Shown: positions 1-10,741, counted from the first letter of the stretch. The stretch is 64,000 nucleotides of DNA from an uncultured Gemmatimonadales bacterium (GCA_963716255.1 OY970303.1:6016001-6080000), one strand, 5' to 3'. Made by a program: numbers and translations. The notes: a model not told the origin generated them from the letters alone.

Positions 1-856
1 CGAGGGGCTGGGCAACCAGTTCCTCACCAACATCCGCGAGACCGACGCCGTGGTGCACGTGGTCCGCTGCTTCGACGACCCCGACGTGGTGCACGTCATG
101 GGCGCCGTGGACCCCGTGCGCGACCGCGAGATCATCAACCTGGAGCTGATCCTCTCCGACCTTGCGCAGGTGGAGAAGCGGCTGGAGCGCGTCCGCAAGA
201 CCGCCCGCGGCGGCGACGCCGAGGCAAAGGCCGAGCTGGCACTGCTGGAGCGCGTGCTGGCGGTGCTTTCCGACGAGCAGCCGGCCCGCGCGCTCGACGT
301 GTCCGACGACGAGGAGAAGCTGCTCCGCTCCTTCAACCTGCTCACCGCCAAGCCGGTCGTGTACCTCGCCAACGTGTCCGAGGACGACCTGCCCGAGGGC
401 GACAACGAGTGGGTCCGCGCCCTCCGCGCCGCTGTCGAGGCCAGCCGTGAGCGCGCCGAGGTCATCCCCATCTCCAGCAAGATCGAGTCGGAGCTGGGCG
501 AGTTGCCGCAGGAGGAGCGCGCCGAGTTCCTGGAGTCGCTGGGGCTGGAGGAGCCGGGGCTGAACCGGCTGATCCGCGCCGGCTACCGGCTGCTGGGGCT
601 CCAGGTGTACTTCACCGCGGGCGAAAAGGAAGTGCGCGCCTGGGAGATCCCCGTGGGCGCCAAGGGCCCCGAGGCCGCCGGCGTCATCCACTCCGACTTC
701 GAGCGCGGCTTCATTCGCGCCGAGACCGTGGGGTGGGACGACTTCCTCAGGACCGGCTCCGTCAAGGCCGCCCGCGAGCAGGGGCTGATGCGCTCCGAGG
801 GCAAGGAGTACGTCGTCAAGGACGGCGACATCCTCCTGTTCCGCTTCAACGTCTGA
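1..856 (+). CDS. ychF: Redox-regulated ATPase YchF (5' end outside the window)
   Basis: Reading frame open from the window edge: EGLGNQFL, HVVRCF, YFTAGEKEVRAW, AAGVIHSDFERGFIRAE, EGKEYVVKDGDILLFRFNV. Confidence 0.97.
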   Translation, partial: EGLGNQFLTNIRETDAVVHVVRCFDDPDVVHVMGAVDPVRDREIINLELILSDLAQVEKRLERVRKTARGGDAEAKAELALLERVLAVLSDEQPARALDVSDDEEKLLRSFNLLTAKPVVYLANVSEDDLPEGDNEWVRALRAAVEASRERAEVIPISSKIESELGELPQEERAEFLESLGLEEPGLNRLIRAGYRLLGLQVYFTAGEKEVRAWEIPVGAKGPEAAGVIHSDFERGFIRAETVGWDDFLRTGSVKAAREQGLMRSEGKEYVVKDGDILLFRFNV

Positions 857-998
857 GCCGGGCCGGCGGCGGTAGGCTGGCCTCTCCTCCCGGCCAGCCG
901 CCGCCGCGCTGTCGGCCGTCCTCCCTTCCAAGGCACTGGCCGCTTCGCCTCCGCGGTGGCCCGGCCGCGTATTCGTCCTTCGCTTTCCTCCGGGGACC

Positions 999-2330
999 AT
1001 GACTACGCACCAATCCTACTACCAGTGCGTATCCTGCTTCTGCATCGGATTCTTGGAGCATCCGGCCGGCCACCCCGAGCAGCCCGTCCTCGCGGGGCCC
1101 TTCCGCGACTGCAAGAAGAAGGACAATTGCCAGCTCAGCGGCATCACCGCCAAGCATTGCGACGGCGGTGCGGACGCGTACGTCGCCTACTTCTCGTGCG
1201 ACACGTGTTCCGCGAGGGTCGTCATGGCGATCTTCGACGAGAGGGTCCGCTTCGGCCGGAGCTATCTGCGGTATCACGCGGGCTGCAACGGCAGGCTGAC
1301 GTACCTGTCCTCGGCTCCCCGGGAGAGCCACGACGCATACCATACCCACGAGAGATGGGACGCCGTCCGCACCCACATCGCCCTCACCCGGGCCCCCAGG
1401 GAAGAAAAGGATTCCCAGAAGAACGTGAGGGCATACCTCATCCGGAAGGGGTACCTTTTTCTTTCCGGCCAGGGCTCCCTCGATTTCGTCGCCCTCAACC
1501 AGACCGAGTTCGCGACCTTCCACCCGCTGTACTCCGTCGAAGAGCCCGCCTTTGCCCGGAATGCATTCCGTCAGTCCGTGATCCTCACGCCGCGGGTCGC
1601 GTACGGGTACCTGGACAGGTCCGCGAGCGGGGTGACCTGGCCCGACTTCGTGGTCTGCGACGGTCCCAACAAGATCGCGATCGAGCTGAAGACCCCGAAG
1701 AGCTACGTGCAGGGGACGGGGCAGCGCCCCATCCACAACAGCGGGGACACCGTGGGGAGGACGATCAATCTCGGCAAGGGGAAAACCGTGTGCGTGGGGC
1801 AGGAATTCGGGATGATCGGCGCGTGGATGCTCCAGTATTGGGAGGACGTTCACAAGGAGGCGGTCGGGCGCAAGGCGAACATGCCGCAGGACTACAAGAA
1901 CATCTTCCTGATCGACCTCGACGCCGTGGGGGCATCGCCCCAGGAGGCAACCGAGGACCTGAAGACCCTGTCCGGTCAGACGGCCTACGACAAGGACGGG
2001 CTTTGCGTCTACTCCAAGCAGTGGTGGGAGAAATACTGGGACAGCATCCAGTTCTTTCACGGCGGCGAGATGCTGGACTCGGAGCTGCTCGCGGGGAGGT
2101 TCGCGGGCCCACGGTTCACCTACGACCAGATTGCGGACCAGTTCAAGGCGCGGACGGTCTGCCTCAAGTGCAATGGGCACGTTCCCCAGGAGGAGCGGAA
2201 CGAGTGGGGGGTCTGCCGGTTCTGCATCCGCGCCGCGCAGATGCTCTGCGGACACCCCAAGCTCGCGCCGCGCGAGATCCAGTCGGGGATCTGCCTGATC
2301 TGCCTGGCGGCCCTGCTGTCTTCCCAGTGA
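999..2330 (+). CDS. Hypothetical 443-aa protein with Cys-rich (Zn-binding-like) ends and a central PD-(D/E)XK-like motif
   Basis: WPDFVVC...IAIELK at 1638-1691; CxxC pairs at the N-terminus (CVSC, CDTC) and C-terminus (CLKC, CRFC, CLIC); GGGGA RBS-like sequence before ATG. Confidence 0.7.
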   Translation: MTTHQSYYQCVSCFCIGFLEHPAGHPEQPVLAGPFRDCKKKDNCQLSGITAKHCDGGADAYVAYFSCDTCSARVVMAIFDERVRFGRSYLRYHAGCNGRLTYLSSAPRESHDAYHTHERWDAVRTHIALTRAPREEKDSQKNVRAYLIRKGYLFLSGQGSLDFVALNQTEFATFHPLYSVEEPAFARNAFRQSVILTPRVAYGYLDRSASGVTWPDFVVCDGPNKIAIELKTPKSYVQGTGQRPIHNSGDTVGRTINLGKGKTVCVGQEFGMIGAWMLQYWEDVHKEAVGRKANMPQDYKNIFLIDLDAVGASPQEATEDLKTLSGQTAYDKDGLCVYSKQWWEKYWDSIQFFHGGEMLDSELLAGRFAGPRFTYDQIADQFKARTVCLKCNGHVPQEERNEWGVCRFCIRAAQMLCGHPKLAPREIQSGICLICLAALLSSQ

Positions 2331-2364
2331 TCCTCGCTCCCGGGCGCGAGACCCGCTGCGGCGG

Positions 2365-2393
2365 TTGACATTTCGCGCCGTTCCGGCTATCCT
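2365..2393 (+). promoter_or_regulatory. Sigma70-type promoter of rplM-rpsI
   Basis: TTGACA-17 bp-TATCCT. Confidence 0.75.
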
Positions 2394-2525
2394 ACAAATC
2401 TGTCCCGACCACGCAGGTCCGCTCTCGGGTTCGCCGGGCGCGGCAGGATCAACTTTTTTTCTGGCGGCGCAGGCACGGGGCGTAACGGTGGATACGCCCC
2501 GCGATCGTGCGGCACTGGGAGCCCG

Positions 2526-2954
2526 ATGAAGACGTATTCCGTAAAGGCCGGGGAGATCACGCGGCGCTGGTTCGTCGTGGACGCCGAGGGCAAGGTCCTG
2601 GGGCGTCTGGCGACCGAGATCGCGCGCGTCCTCCGCGGCAAGCACAAGCCGACCTACACCCCGCACCTGGACACCGGCGACTTCGTGGTCGTCATCAACG
2701 CCGACAAGGTGCGGCTGACCGGCAGGAAGGAGGATCAGAAGACCTACTTCCGGCACACCGGGTACATGGGTCACGAGAAGTTCATCCCGTTCCGCGAGAT
2801 GCTCGCCAAGCACCCCGAGCGGGTGCTCGAGCTTGCGGTCAAGGGGATGCTTCCCAAGAACGCGCTCGGCCGGCAGATGCGCCACAAGCTCAAGGTGTAC
2901 GCCGGAGCCGAGCACCCGCACTCGGCGCAGTCGCCGGAACCCCTCACCTTCTGA
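2526..2954 (+). CDS. rplM: 50S ribosomal protein L13
   Basis: [42 protein letters not shown]. Confidence 0.99.
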   Translation: MKTYSVKAGEITRRWFVVDAEGKVLGRLATEIARVLRGKHKPTYTPHLDTGDFVVVINADKVRLTGRKEDQKTYFRHTGYMGHEKFIPFREMLAKHPERVLELAVKGMLPKNALGRQMRHKLKVYAGAEHPHSAQSPEPLTF

Positions 2955-2962
2955 TCATTCGC

Positions 2963-3355
2963 ATGGCTACTGAGCAGATCCACGCCATCGGCCGCCGCAA
3001 GACGTCGGTCGCCCGCGTGTACCTCCGCCCGGGGAACGGGACGTGGGAGGTCAACGGCCGCACGCTGGAGGACTACCTCCCGCGCGGCGTGCTGCGCCAG
3101 GCGGCGAACCAGCCGTTCGCCGCGACCGAGACCCAGGGGCAGTGGGACGTCAAGGTGACCGTCGCCGGCGGCGGCCTCCGCGGCCAGGCCGACGCGATCC
3201 GGCTCGGCGTCGCCCGCGCCCTGGTCAAGATCAACGAGGACAACCGCCGCCGTCTGCGCGCCGAGTCGCTGCTGACCCGCGACCCCCGCGAGGTGGAGCG
3301 CAAGAAGCCGGGCCGTCCGGGCGCCCGCAAGCGGTTCCAGTTCTCCAAGCGCTGA
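2963..3355 (+). CDS. rpsI: 30S ribosomal protein S9
   Basis: GRRKTSVARV; C-terminal ERKKPGRPGARKRFQFSKR; ATG at 2963. Confidence 0.99.
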   Translation: MATEQIHAIGRRKTSVARVYLRPGNGTWEVNGRTLEDYLPRGVLRQAANQPFAATETQGQWDVKVTVAGGGLRGQADAIRLGVARALVKINEDNRRRLRAESLLTRDPREVERKKPGRPGARKRFQFSKR

Positions 3356-3374
3356 TCGGGAGCGCGGAGGTCGT

Positions 3375-3406
3375 GGCGCCGGCGCGGAGAGATCCGCGCC
3401 GGCGCC
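3375..3406 (+). terminator. Strong hairpin after rpsI (14-bp stem, GAGA loop, weak U tail)
   Basis: GGCGCCGGCGCGGA-GAGA-TCCGCGCCGGCGCC. Confidence 0.5.
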
Positions 3407-3525
3407 GCCGCTTCCGAATCCCGACTCATCCTTCACACCTCCCGACGCCGTGCCCGGTGCCGCCTCGCGCGGTGGGCCACGGCGGATGACGGCGGTGGAC
3501 GAAACAACCAGACGCACGGAAGCAC

Positions 3526-4410
3526 ATGGCTACGCCCCAGATCCAGGACCTCCTCGAGGCCGGTGTCCACTTCGGGCACCAGACGTCCCGCTGGAACCCG
3601 AAGATGCGCAAGTTCATCTTCGCGGAGCGCAACGGGATCTACATCATCGACCTGAAGAAGACCCTCCGCCAGCTGGAGCTGGCCCAGGAGCTGGTCCGCG
3701 GGATCGTGTCCCGCGGCGAGCGCGTCCTCTTCGTCTGCACCAAGAAGCAGCTCCGCCCCATCATCCAGAGCGAGGCCGAGCGCTCCAACTCCTTCCACGT
3801 GACGGAGCGCTGGCTGGGCGGCATGCTCACCAACTTCACCACGCAGAAGAAGCAGATCCGCCGGCTCCGCGAGCTGGAGCGCGGGCAGGAGGAGGGCGCC
3901 TTCGACTTCTACACCAAGAAGGAGCAGCTCATGCTCGACCGCGAGCGTGAGCGCCTGGACAAGTACCTGTCGGGCGTCAAGGACATGGCCCGGCTGCCGG
4001 GCGCGCTCTTCGTGGTGGACGCCAAGCGCGAGAAGATCGCCGTCAGCGAGGCCAACAAGCTGGGGATCCCGGTCATCGCCATCGCCGACACCAACGCGGA
4101 TCCGGACCTGCTCACGGTGCCCATCGCCGGCAACGACGACGCGATCCGCTCCGTGGGGCTGATCAGCGGCGCCATCGCCGATGTCATCGTAGAGGCCCGC
4201 GCCGCCATGCCGGCGGACGCCCGCCGTGCCTCCGACGAGGCCGAGGTGACCACCTACTCCACCGAGACGGGCGCCGCCGCACCGTCCGACAAGGACGACC
4301 GCGGCAAGGGCCGCCGTCCGCGCCGCAAGCGCAAGCCGCGGCCGGACGCGATCGCCAGCGCCCGTGGCGGCGAGGGCGGCGATGCCGCCGAGGGCGGGGA
4401 CGAGGAGTAG
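3526..4410 (+). CDS. rpsB: 30S ribosomal protein S2
   Basis: LLEAGVHFGHQTSRWNPKM, ERWLGGMLTNF, GNDDAIRS. Confidence 0.99.
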   Translation: MATPQIQDLLEAGVHFGHQTSRWNPKMRKFIFAERNGIYIIDLKKTLRQLELAQELVRGIVSRGERVLFVCTKKQLRPIIQSEAERSNSFHVTERWLGGMLTNFTTQKKQIRRLRELERGQEEGAFDFYTKKEQLMLDRERERLDKYLSGVKDMARLPGALFVVDAKREKIAVSEANKLGIPVIAIADTNADPDLLTVPIAGNDDAIRSVGLISGAIADVIVEARAAMPADARRASDEAEVTTYSTETGAAAPSDKDDRGKGRRPRRKRKPRPDAIASARGGEGGDAAEGGDEE

Positions 4411-4437
4411 TCTGCCGCGGAGCCGGTCGGAAGTTCG

Positions 4438-4478
4438 ATGGGGCCACCGCGGGCGACCGCACGTGGCCCCATTTTTTT
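4438..4478 (+). terminator. Intrinsic terminator after rpsB
   Basis: ATGGGGCCAC...GTGGCCCCAT followed by a T run. Confidence 0.8.
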
Positions 4479-4576
4479 GAACGCGCGCGCCGGGTGGGCT
4501 TTCCTTCGCCCCCGCGCCGCTTAAATTCGTCCCGCCGAGAGGCGGCAACGACACATACTCAGGACGGATCAGCCAA

Positions 4577-5169
4577 ATGGAAATCTCTGCGAAGGCAGTC
4601 AAGGAGCTCCGCGACCGCACCGGGGCCGGGATGATGGAGTGCAAGGGCGCGCTCACCGAGGCCAAGGGCGACATGGAAGGCGCCATCGACCTCCTGCGCG
4701 CCCGCGGCGCCGCCAAGGCCGCGAAGCGCGCGGAGCGCGAGGCCAAGGAAGGCTCGGTCGGCAGCTACATCCACATGGGCGGCCGCATCGGCGTGCTCGT
4801 GGAGGTGGGCTGCGAGACCGACTTCGTCGCCCGCAACGACGCCTTCCAGCAGCTCGTCCGCGACATCGCCATGCACGTCGCCGCGGCCAACCCGGTGGCG
4901 CTGCGCCGCGAGGACTTCCCGGCGGAGCTGGTGGAGCGCGAGCGCGGCGTGTACCGCGAGCAGATGCGCGAGTCCGGCAAGCCCGAGCACATCTGGGACA
5001 AGATCGTGGACGGGAAGCTGGAGAAGTTCTACGCCGAGCAGGCGCTGCTGGAGCAGCCCTTCGTCAAGAACCCCGACATCACCGTGGGCCAGCTGGTGAC
5101 GGAGGTCGCCTCCAAGACCGGCGAGAAGATCGAGGTGCGCCGGTTCACGCGCTACGCCCTCGGCGAGTG

Positions 5170-5170
<1 letters not shown>
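4577..5170 (+). CDS. tsf: Elongation factor Ts (short form)
   Basis: [30 protein letters not shown]. Confidence 0.99.
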
Positions 5171-5904
<734 letters not shown>

Positions 5905-5929
5905 CCCTGTCCACACGAACGGAGTCCCC

Positions 5930-6484
5930 ATGCCCAGCAGCCTGAACAACGCACGCGAGAAGATGGAGAAGGCCCTGGAGACGGTGCGCCGCGAGTTCGG
6001 CGGCGTCCGCACCGGGAAGGCGTCGCCCGCGCTCCTGGACACGGTGCGCGTGGAGGCGTACGGCTCCATGCTGCCGGTCAACCAGGTGGGCCAGGTGTCG
6101 GCGCCGGAGCCGCGGATGCTCACCGTGCAGCCCTACGACAAGGGCCTGATCAAGGCCGTCGAGCGGGCGCTGCGCGAGTCGGACCTGGGGCTGAACCCGT
6201 CCAACGACGGCAACCTGATCCGCATCCCGCTCCCCGCCCTCACCGAGGAGCGCCGCCGGGAGTACGTCAAGCTCCTGCACCGCTACGCGGAGGAGGGGCG
6301 GGTGGCCGTCCGGCAGGCGCGGCAGCACGCCAACGACGAGATCAAGAAGCAGCAGAAGGACGGCGACCTTACCGAGGACGAGATGCGGCGCGGCCAGGAC
6401 CAGGTGCAGAAGCTGACCGACGAGTACGTCCACAAGGTGGACGACCTGCTGAAGAAGAAGGAAGCCGAGGTGCTGGAGGTCTGA
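5930..6484 (+). CDS. frr: Ribosome recycling factor
   Basis: RTGKASPALLD, LGLNPSNDG, PALTEERRRE. Confidence 0.99.
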   Translation: MPSSLNNAREKMEKALETVRREFGGVRTGKASPALLDTVRVEAYGSMLPVNQVGQVSAPEPRMLTVQPYDKGLIKAVERALRESDLGLNPSNDGNLIRIPLPALTEERRREYVKLLHRYAEEGRVAVRQARQHANDEIKKQQKDGDLTEDEMRRGQDQVQKLTDEYVHKVDDLLKKKEAEVLEV

Positions 6485-6511
6485 GCCGGCGCGTGGCCGC
6501 GGCGGGTCCAG

Positions 6512-6549
6512 GGGGAGCTCCCGGAGGGACGGGGCTCCCCGCTTTCTTT
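6512..6549 (+). terminator. Intrinsic terminator after frr
   Basis: GGGGAGCTCC...GGGGCTCCCC followed by GCTTTCTTT. Confidence 0.65.
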
Positions 6550-6566
6550 CCCGCCAACCACTTTTT

Positions 6567-6594
6567 TTGACAAACCCGAGCAGTCCCGTAATTT
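6567..6594 (+). promoter_or_regulatory. Promoter directly before uppS (probably a leaderless transcript)
   Basis: TTGACA-16 bp-TAATTT; ATG begins 7 nt after the -10 element; no Shine-Dalgarno. Confidence 0.6.
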
Positions 6595-6600
6595 TCGCGC

Positions 6601-7344
6601 ATGTCCACCGACCTCCTTCACCAGATCCGCCTTCACGGCCACCTCCCGCGCCACGTCGCCATCATCATGGACGGCAACGGGCGCTGGGCGCGCGAGCGCG
6701 GGCGCCCGCGCGAGTTCGGGCACAAGGCCGGGATGTCCGCCGTGCGGGAGGCGGTGGAGGGTGCCACCGACGCCGGGGTGGAGGTGCTCACGCTCTTCGC
6801 CTTCTCGCAGGAGAACTGGCACCGCCCGCGCGGCGAGGTGTCGGCGCTGATGTCGCTGCTGCAATTGTACGTGCGGCGGGAGCAGCGCGAGCTGCGGGAG
6901 AAGGGGGTGGAGGTGCACGCCATCGGCGACCTGTCGCGCCTGGGGCCGCGCACCCGCCGCGCCCTGGAGGGAATCGTGGAGCACACCGCCGGCGGAAGCC
7001 GCATGCGGCTCAACCTGGCGGTGAGCTACGGTTCCCGCAGCGAGATCGTCCGCGCGGCGCAGCGGCTGGCGGAGCGCGTCCGGGCGGGCACCCTCGCCCC
7101 CGGCGAGATCGACGAGTCGCTCTTCGCCGCCGAGCTCTACACCGCCGGCGATCCCGACCCGGACCTGCTGATCCGCACCTCCGGGGAGCACCGCATCTCC
7201 AACTTCATGCTCTGGCAGCTCGCGTACACCGAGCTGCACATGACCTCCGTGCTCTGGCCCGACTTCAAGCGGGAGCACCTCTTCCAGGCGATCCGCGACT
7301 TCCAGCGCCGCGAGCGGCGCTTCGGGCGCGTCGCCGCGACCTGA
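6601..7344 (+). CDS. uppS: Undecaprenyl diphosphate synthase
   Basis: HVAIIMDGNGRWA, AFSQENW, DLLIRTSGEHRISNF. Confidence 0.98.
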   Translation: MSTDLLHQIRLHGHLPRHVAIIMDGNGRWARERGRPREFGHKAGMSAVREAVEGATDAGVEVLTLFAFSQENWHRPRGEVSALMSLLQLYVRREQRELREKGVEVHAIGDLSRLGPRTRRALEGIVEHTAGGSRMRLNLAVSYGSRSEIVRAAQRLAERVRAGTLAPGEIDESLFAAELYTAGDPDPDLLIRTSGEHRISNFMLWQLAYTELHMTSVLWPDFKREHLFQAIRDFQRRERRFGRVAAT

Positions 7345-7355
7345 GGGCGACGCCG

Positions 7356-8216
7356 GTGGCGCTTTCCGAGACCGCGAAGCGTGTGGGGGTGGCGGCGGTG
7401 GGGATCCCCCTCGCCGTGGGAGCGGTGTACCTGGGCGGCTTCGTGCTGGGCGGGCTGCTCGCCGCGATCGCAGTGCTGGCCGTGCTGGAGTTCCATCGCA
7501 TGGCGGAGCGCAAGGCGGCGCGCCCCCTCGTGTACCTGGGTGCCGCCGGGGCCGCGGCGCTGGTGCTGCTCGCCTCGGCGTTCCCCGGGGAAGGTCCCGG
7601 GGGCGCGGGCTTCGCCTGGCTGCTCGCCCTGTTCGTGCTGGCGACGGTCACGGCCGCCATCTGGACGCGGGGGGTGGAGGGCGAGCCGCTGCTCTCCGTC
7701 GCCACCACGGTGTTCGGCACGCTGTACACCGGCGGCCTGCTCTCCTACGCGCTGTTCCTGCGGCACCTCCCCGCGCGGCCGGACGCCTGGCACGGCACGG
7801 CGCTGGTCTTCGCGCCGGTGCTCCTCACCTGGGCAAGCGACACCTTCGCCTACTTCGTGGGGCGCGCCTTCGGCCGGCGCAAGCTGATCCCCCGCGTCAG
7901 CCCGGGAAAGACGGTGGAGGGCTCGCTGGGCGCGCTGGTGGGGACGGTCGCGGTGGCGGTGGGGTACTCGTTCGTCCTCGCCCGCTTCCCCGGCTACCGG
8001 ATGAGCATCGCCGAGGCCGCGGTGTTCGGCGTGCTCGTGTCGGTGTCGGCGCAGGTGGGCGACCTGGCCGAGTCGCTGCTCAAGCGCGACGCGGGGGTCA
8101 AGGACAGCGGCACGCTCCTCCCCGGGCACGGGGGCGCGCTCGACCGCTTCGACTCGCTGCTCTTCACGCTCCCGCTGGCATACCTGTTCTTCCGCTTCGT
8201 GGTCGGGCCCACGTGA
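7356..8216 (+). CDS. cdsA: Phosphatidate cytidylyltransferase
   Basis: SDTFAYFVG, SPGKTVEG, GDLAESLLKRDAGVKDSGTLLPGHGGALDRFDS; GTG start inferred. Confidence 0.96.
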   Translation: MALSETAKRVGVAAVGIPLAVGAVYLGGFVLGGLLAAIAVLAVLEFHRMAERKAARPLVYLGAAGAAALVLLASAFPGEGPGGAGFAWLLALFVLATVTAAIWTRGVEGEPLLSVATTVFGTLYTGGLLSYALFLRHLPARPDAWHGTALVFAPVLLTWASDTFAYFVGRAFGRRKLIPRVSPGKTVEGSLGALVGTVAVAVGYSFVLARFPGYRMSIAEAAVFGVLVSVSAQVGDLAESLLKRDAGVKDSGTLLPGHGGALDRFDSLLFTLPLAYLFFRFVVGPT

Positions 8217-9367
8217 GCGGTCCCGCCACCGGGGTGGCCATCCTGGGCGCCACCGGGTCCATCGGCAAGAGCGCGCTCGCGGTGGTCCGCCAGCACCCCG
8301 ACCGCTTCCGCCCCGTGGTGCTCACCGCGCACCGCAACGCCGCCGCGCTGGCGGAGCTGGTGGACGAGCACCGGCCCGCGCTGGCGGTGGTGGCGGACCC
8401 TTCCGCCGCCTCCGGGGTTTACTCCGCCGGACCGACGCGCTGGGCCTCCGGGCGCGAGGCGCTCCTGGAGGCCGCGACGCACCCCGACGTCGACGTGGTC
8501 CTCAACGCGCTGGTGGGCGCGGCCGGGCTGGAGCCCACGCTGGCGGCGCTCAGGGCGGGGAAGCGGGTGGCGCTGGCCAACAAGGAGTCGCTGGTGTGCG
8601 CCGGCCCGCTGGTGATGCGCGCCGCGGAGGAGGGCGGCGGCCGGCTGCTCCCGGTGGACAGCGAGCACAGCGCCATCTTCCAGTGCCTCCAGGGCTCGCA
8701 GTGGAGCGAGGTGGAGCGGCTGCTGATCACCGCCTCCGGCGGACCCTTCCGCGGCTGGACCCCCGAGCGGCTGGCGGCGGCGACCCCGGCGGATGCGCTG
8801 CGCCACCCCACCTGGAGCATGGGGTCCAAGGTCACCATCGACTCGGCGACGCTGGCGAACAAGGCGCTGGAGGTGATCGAGGCGCACTTCCTCTTCGGCG
8901 TGCCGTACGAGCGCATCCAGGCGGTGGTGCACCCGCAGTCCGTGATCCACTCCATGGTGGAGTTCGTGGACGGATCGGTGCTGGCGCAGATGGGGTTTCC
9001 CACCATGGAGATCCCCGTGCTCTACGCCCTCGCGTACCCCGAGCGCCTCCCCTACACCTGCCGGCGCTTCGACCCGGTGGCGGCGGGGACGCTCACCTTC
9101 GAGCCGCTGCACGCCGACCGCTTCCGCGCCTTCGCCCTGGGGGTGGAGGCCGGGCGCGCCGGCGGCACGGCGCCCGCGGTGTTCAACGCCGCCAACGAGG
9201 TGTCGGTCGCCGCGTTCCTGGAAGGGGGACTTTCCTTTCCGGGGATCGCCGCCGCCATCGACGACGCCCTCGCCCGCTGGCCGGGCGGCGAGGCGGCCAC
9301 GCTGGACGACGTGCTCCACGCCGACGCGTGGGCGCGCGGCGTCACCCGAACCTTCGTCCGAGGCTAG
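8213..9367 (+). CDS. dxr: 1-deoxy-D-xylulose 5-phosphate reductoisomerase
   Basis: ILGATGSIG, LANKESLV, PVDSEHSAIFQ, HPTWSMGSKVTIDSAT. Confidence 0.98.
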   Translation: MSGPATGVAILGATGSIGKSALAVVRQHPDRFRPVVLTAHRNAAALAELVDEHRPALAVVADPSAASGVYSAGPTRWASGREALLEAATHPDVDVVLNALVGAAGLEPTLAALRAGKRVALANKESLVCAGPLVMRAAEEGGGRLLPVDSEHSAIFQCLQGSQWSEVERLLITASGGPFRGWTPERLAAATPADALRHPTWSMGSKVTIDSATLANKALEVIEAHFLFGVPYERIQAVVHPQSVIHSMVEFVDGSVLAQMGFPTMEIPVLYALAYPERLPYTCRRFDPVAAGTLTFEPLHADRFRAFALGVEAGRAGGTAPAVFNAANEVSVAAFLEGGLSFPGIAAAIDDALARWPGGEAATLDDVLHADAWARGVTRTFVRG

Positions 9368-9373
9368 AGCCCC

Positions 9374-10741
9374 GTGCTGGACGTAATCGCATTCTTCGTC
9401 GTCATCTCGGTCCTGATCCTGGTCCACGAGCTCGGCCACTTCCTGGCCGCCAAGTCCGTGAACATCCAGGTGCCGCGCTTCTCGCTGGGGCTGGGGCCGC
9501 GCGTGCTCGGCTTCCGCCGGGGCGAGACCGAGTACGTCCTGTCCGCCATCCCGCTGGGCGGCTACGTCAAGATGGCGGGGATGGAGGACGACGAGGCCGC
9601 CGAGGCGCTGGAGGGCGGGGCCGCCGCCTCGGACGAGCCGCCGGTGGACCCGGAGCGCACCTTCGACTCCAAGCCGCTCTGGGCGCGCGCCTGGGTGATC
9701 TCCGCGGGCGTGATCTTCAACATGATCTTCGCCTTCCTGGTCTTCATCGGGCTGGGGCTGGGCTACGGCGACGCCGAGATCGCGAGCACCCGCCTGTTCG
9801 TGGTGGGCGCCGACTCGCTCACCGGGGGCGCGGCCGCGCTGGCCCGCATTCCCGCCGGCGCCGAGGTGCAGGCCGTGGGGCAGACGCCGGTGCAGAGCTG
9901 GAACGAGGTGCAGGCCGCGCTGGACGCCGCCCCCGCGGGGCCGGTGACGCTCCGCCTGGCCGCCGCGCCCCCGGTGACCGTCGACCTCCCCGCCGCCGGC
10001 CAGGAGCGCGACCGCCTGCTGGCGCGGGTGCAGCCCTTCGCCGAGCCGGAGATCCGCCGGGTGGTGGAGGGCGGCGCCGCGGAGCGGGCCGGGCTCCGCG
10101 CCGGGGACCGCGTGGTCGCCGCCGGGGGGCGGCCCGTGCGCGCCTGGCAGGAGCTGGAGGCCGCCATCCGCGCCAACCCCGGCCGTCCGCTCGCCCTGCT
10201 GGTGGAGCGCGGCGGGCAGCGCCTGCCCCTCACGGTGACGCCCGCCACCGAGCGCGAGCTCGACGAGGAGATGAAGCGCGTTCCCGTGGGCAAGATCGGC
10301 GTGGAGACGCCGCGCCCCGAGGTGGTGCGCCGCACCATCGGGCCGGCGGAGGCGGTGGCCCGCGGCTGGCAGCAGACGTGGGGGGCCGCGGGCGAGATCG
10401 CGGCGGTCCTGGGGCGCCTGGTCACCGGCGGCGAGTCCATGCGCAGCCTGGGCGGCCCGCTCGCCATCGGGCAGATCTCCGGCGAGACGGCGCGGCTGGG
10501 GCTGGACGCGTTCCTCAGCTTCCTCGCCATCTTCTCCATCAACCTGGCCATCTTCAACCTCCTCCCCATCCCCATCCTGGACGGCGGCCACCTGCTGTTC
10601 ATCGCCATCGAGGCGGTGCGCGGGCGCCCCCTCTCGGTGGAGCAGCGCGTCCGCTTCTCGCACGTGGGGATGATCCTGGTGGTGGGGCTGATGGTGTGGG
10701 CCATCACCAACGACATCCTGCGGGTGGTCTTCAACATCTGA
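9374..10741 (+). CDS. rseP: Site-2 (RIP) metalloprotease RseP
   Basis: HELGH, PLGGYVKM, PDZ-like region, NLLPIPILDGGH. Confidence 0.96.
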   Translation: MLDVIAFFVVISVLILVHELGHFLAAKSVNIQVPRFSLGLGPRVLGFRRGETEYVLSAIPLGGYVKMAGMEDDEAAEALEGGAAASDEPPVDPERTFDSKPLWARAWVISAGVIFNMIFAFLVFIGLGLGYGDAEIASTRLFVVGADSLTGGAAALARIPAGAEVQAVGQTPVQSWNEVQAALDAAPAGPVTLRLAAAPPVTVDLPAAGQERDRLLARVQPFAEPEIRRVVEGGAAERAGLRAGDRVVAAGGRPVRAWQELEAAIRANPGRPLALLVERGGQRLPLTVTPATERELDEEMKRVPVGKIGVETPRPEVVRRTIGPAEAVARGWQQTWGAAGEIAAVLGRLVTGGESMRSLGGPLAIGQISGETARLGLDAFLSFLAIFSINLAIFNLLPIPILDGGHLLFIAIEAVRGRPLSVEQRVRFSHVGMILVVGLMVWAITNDILRVVFNI

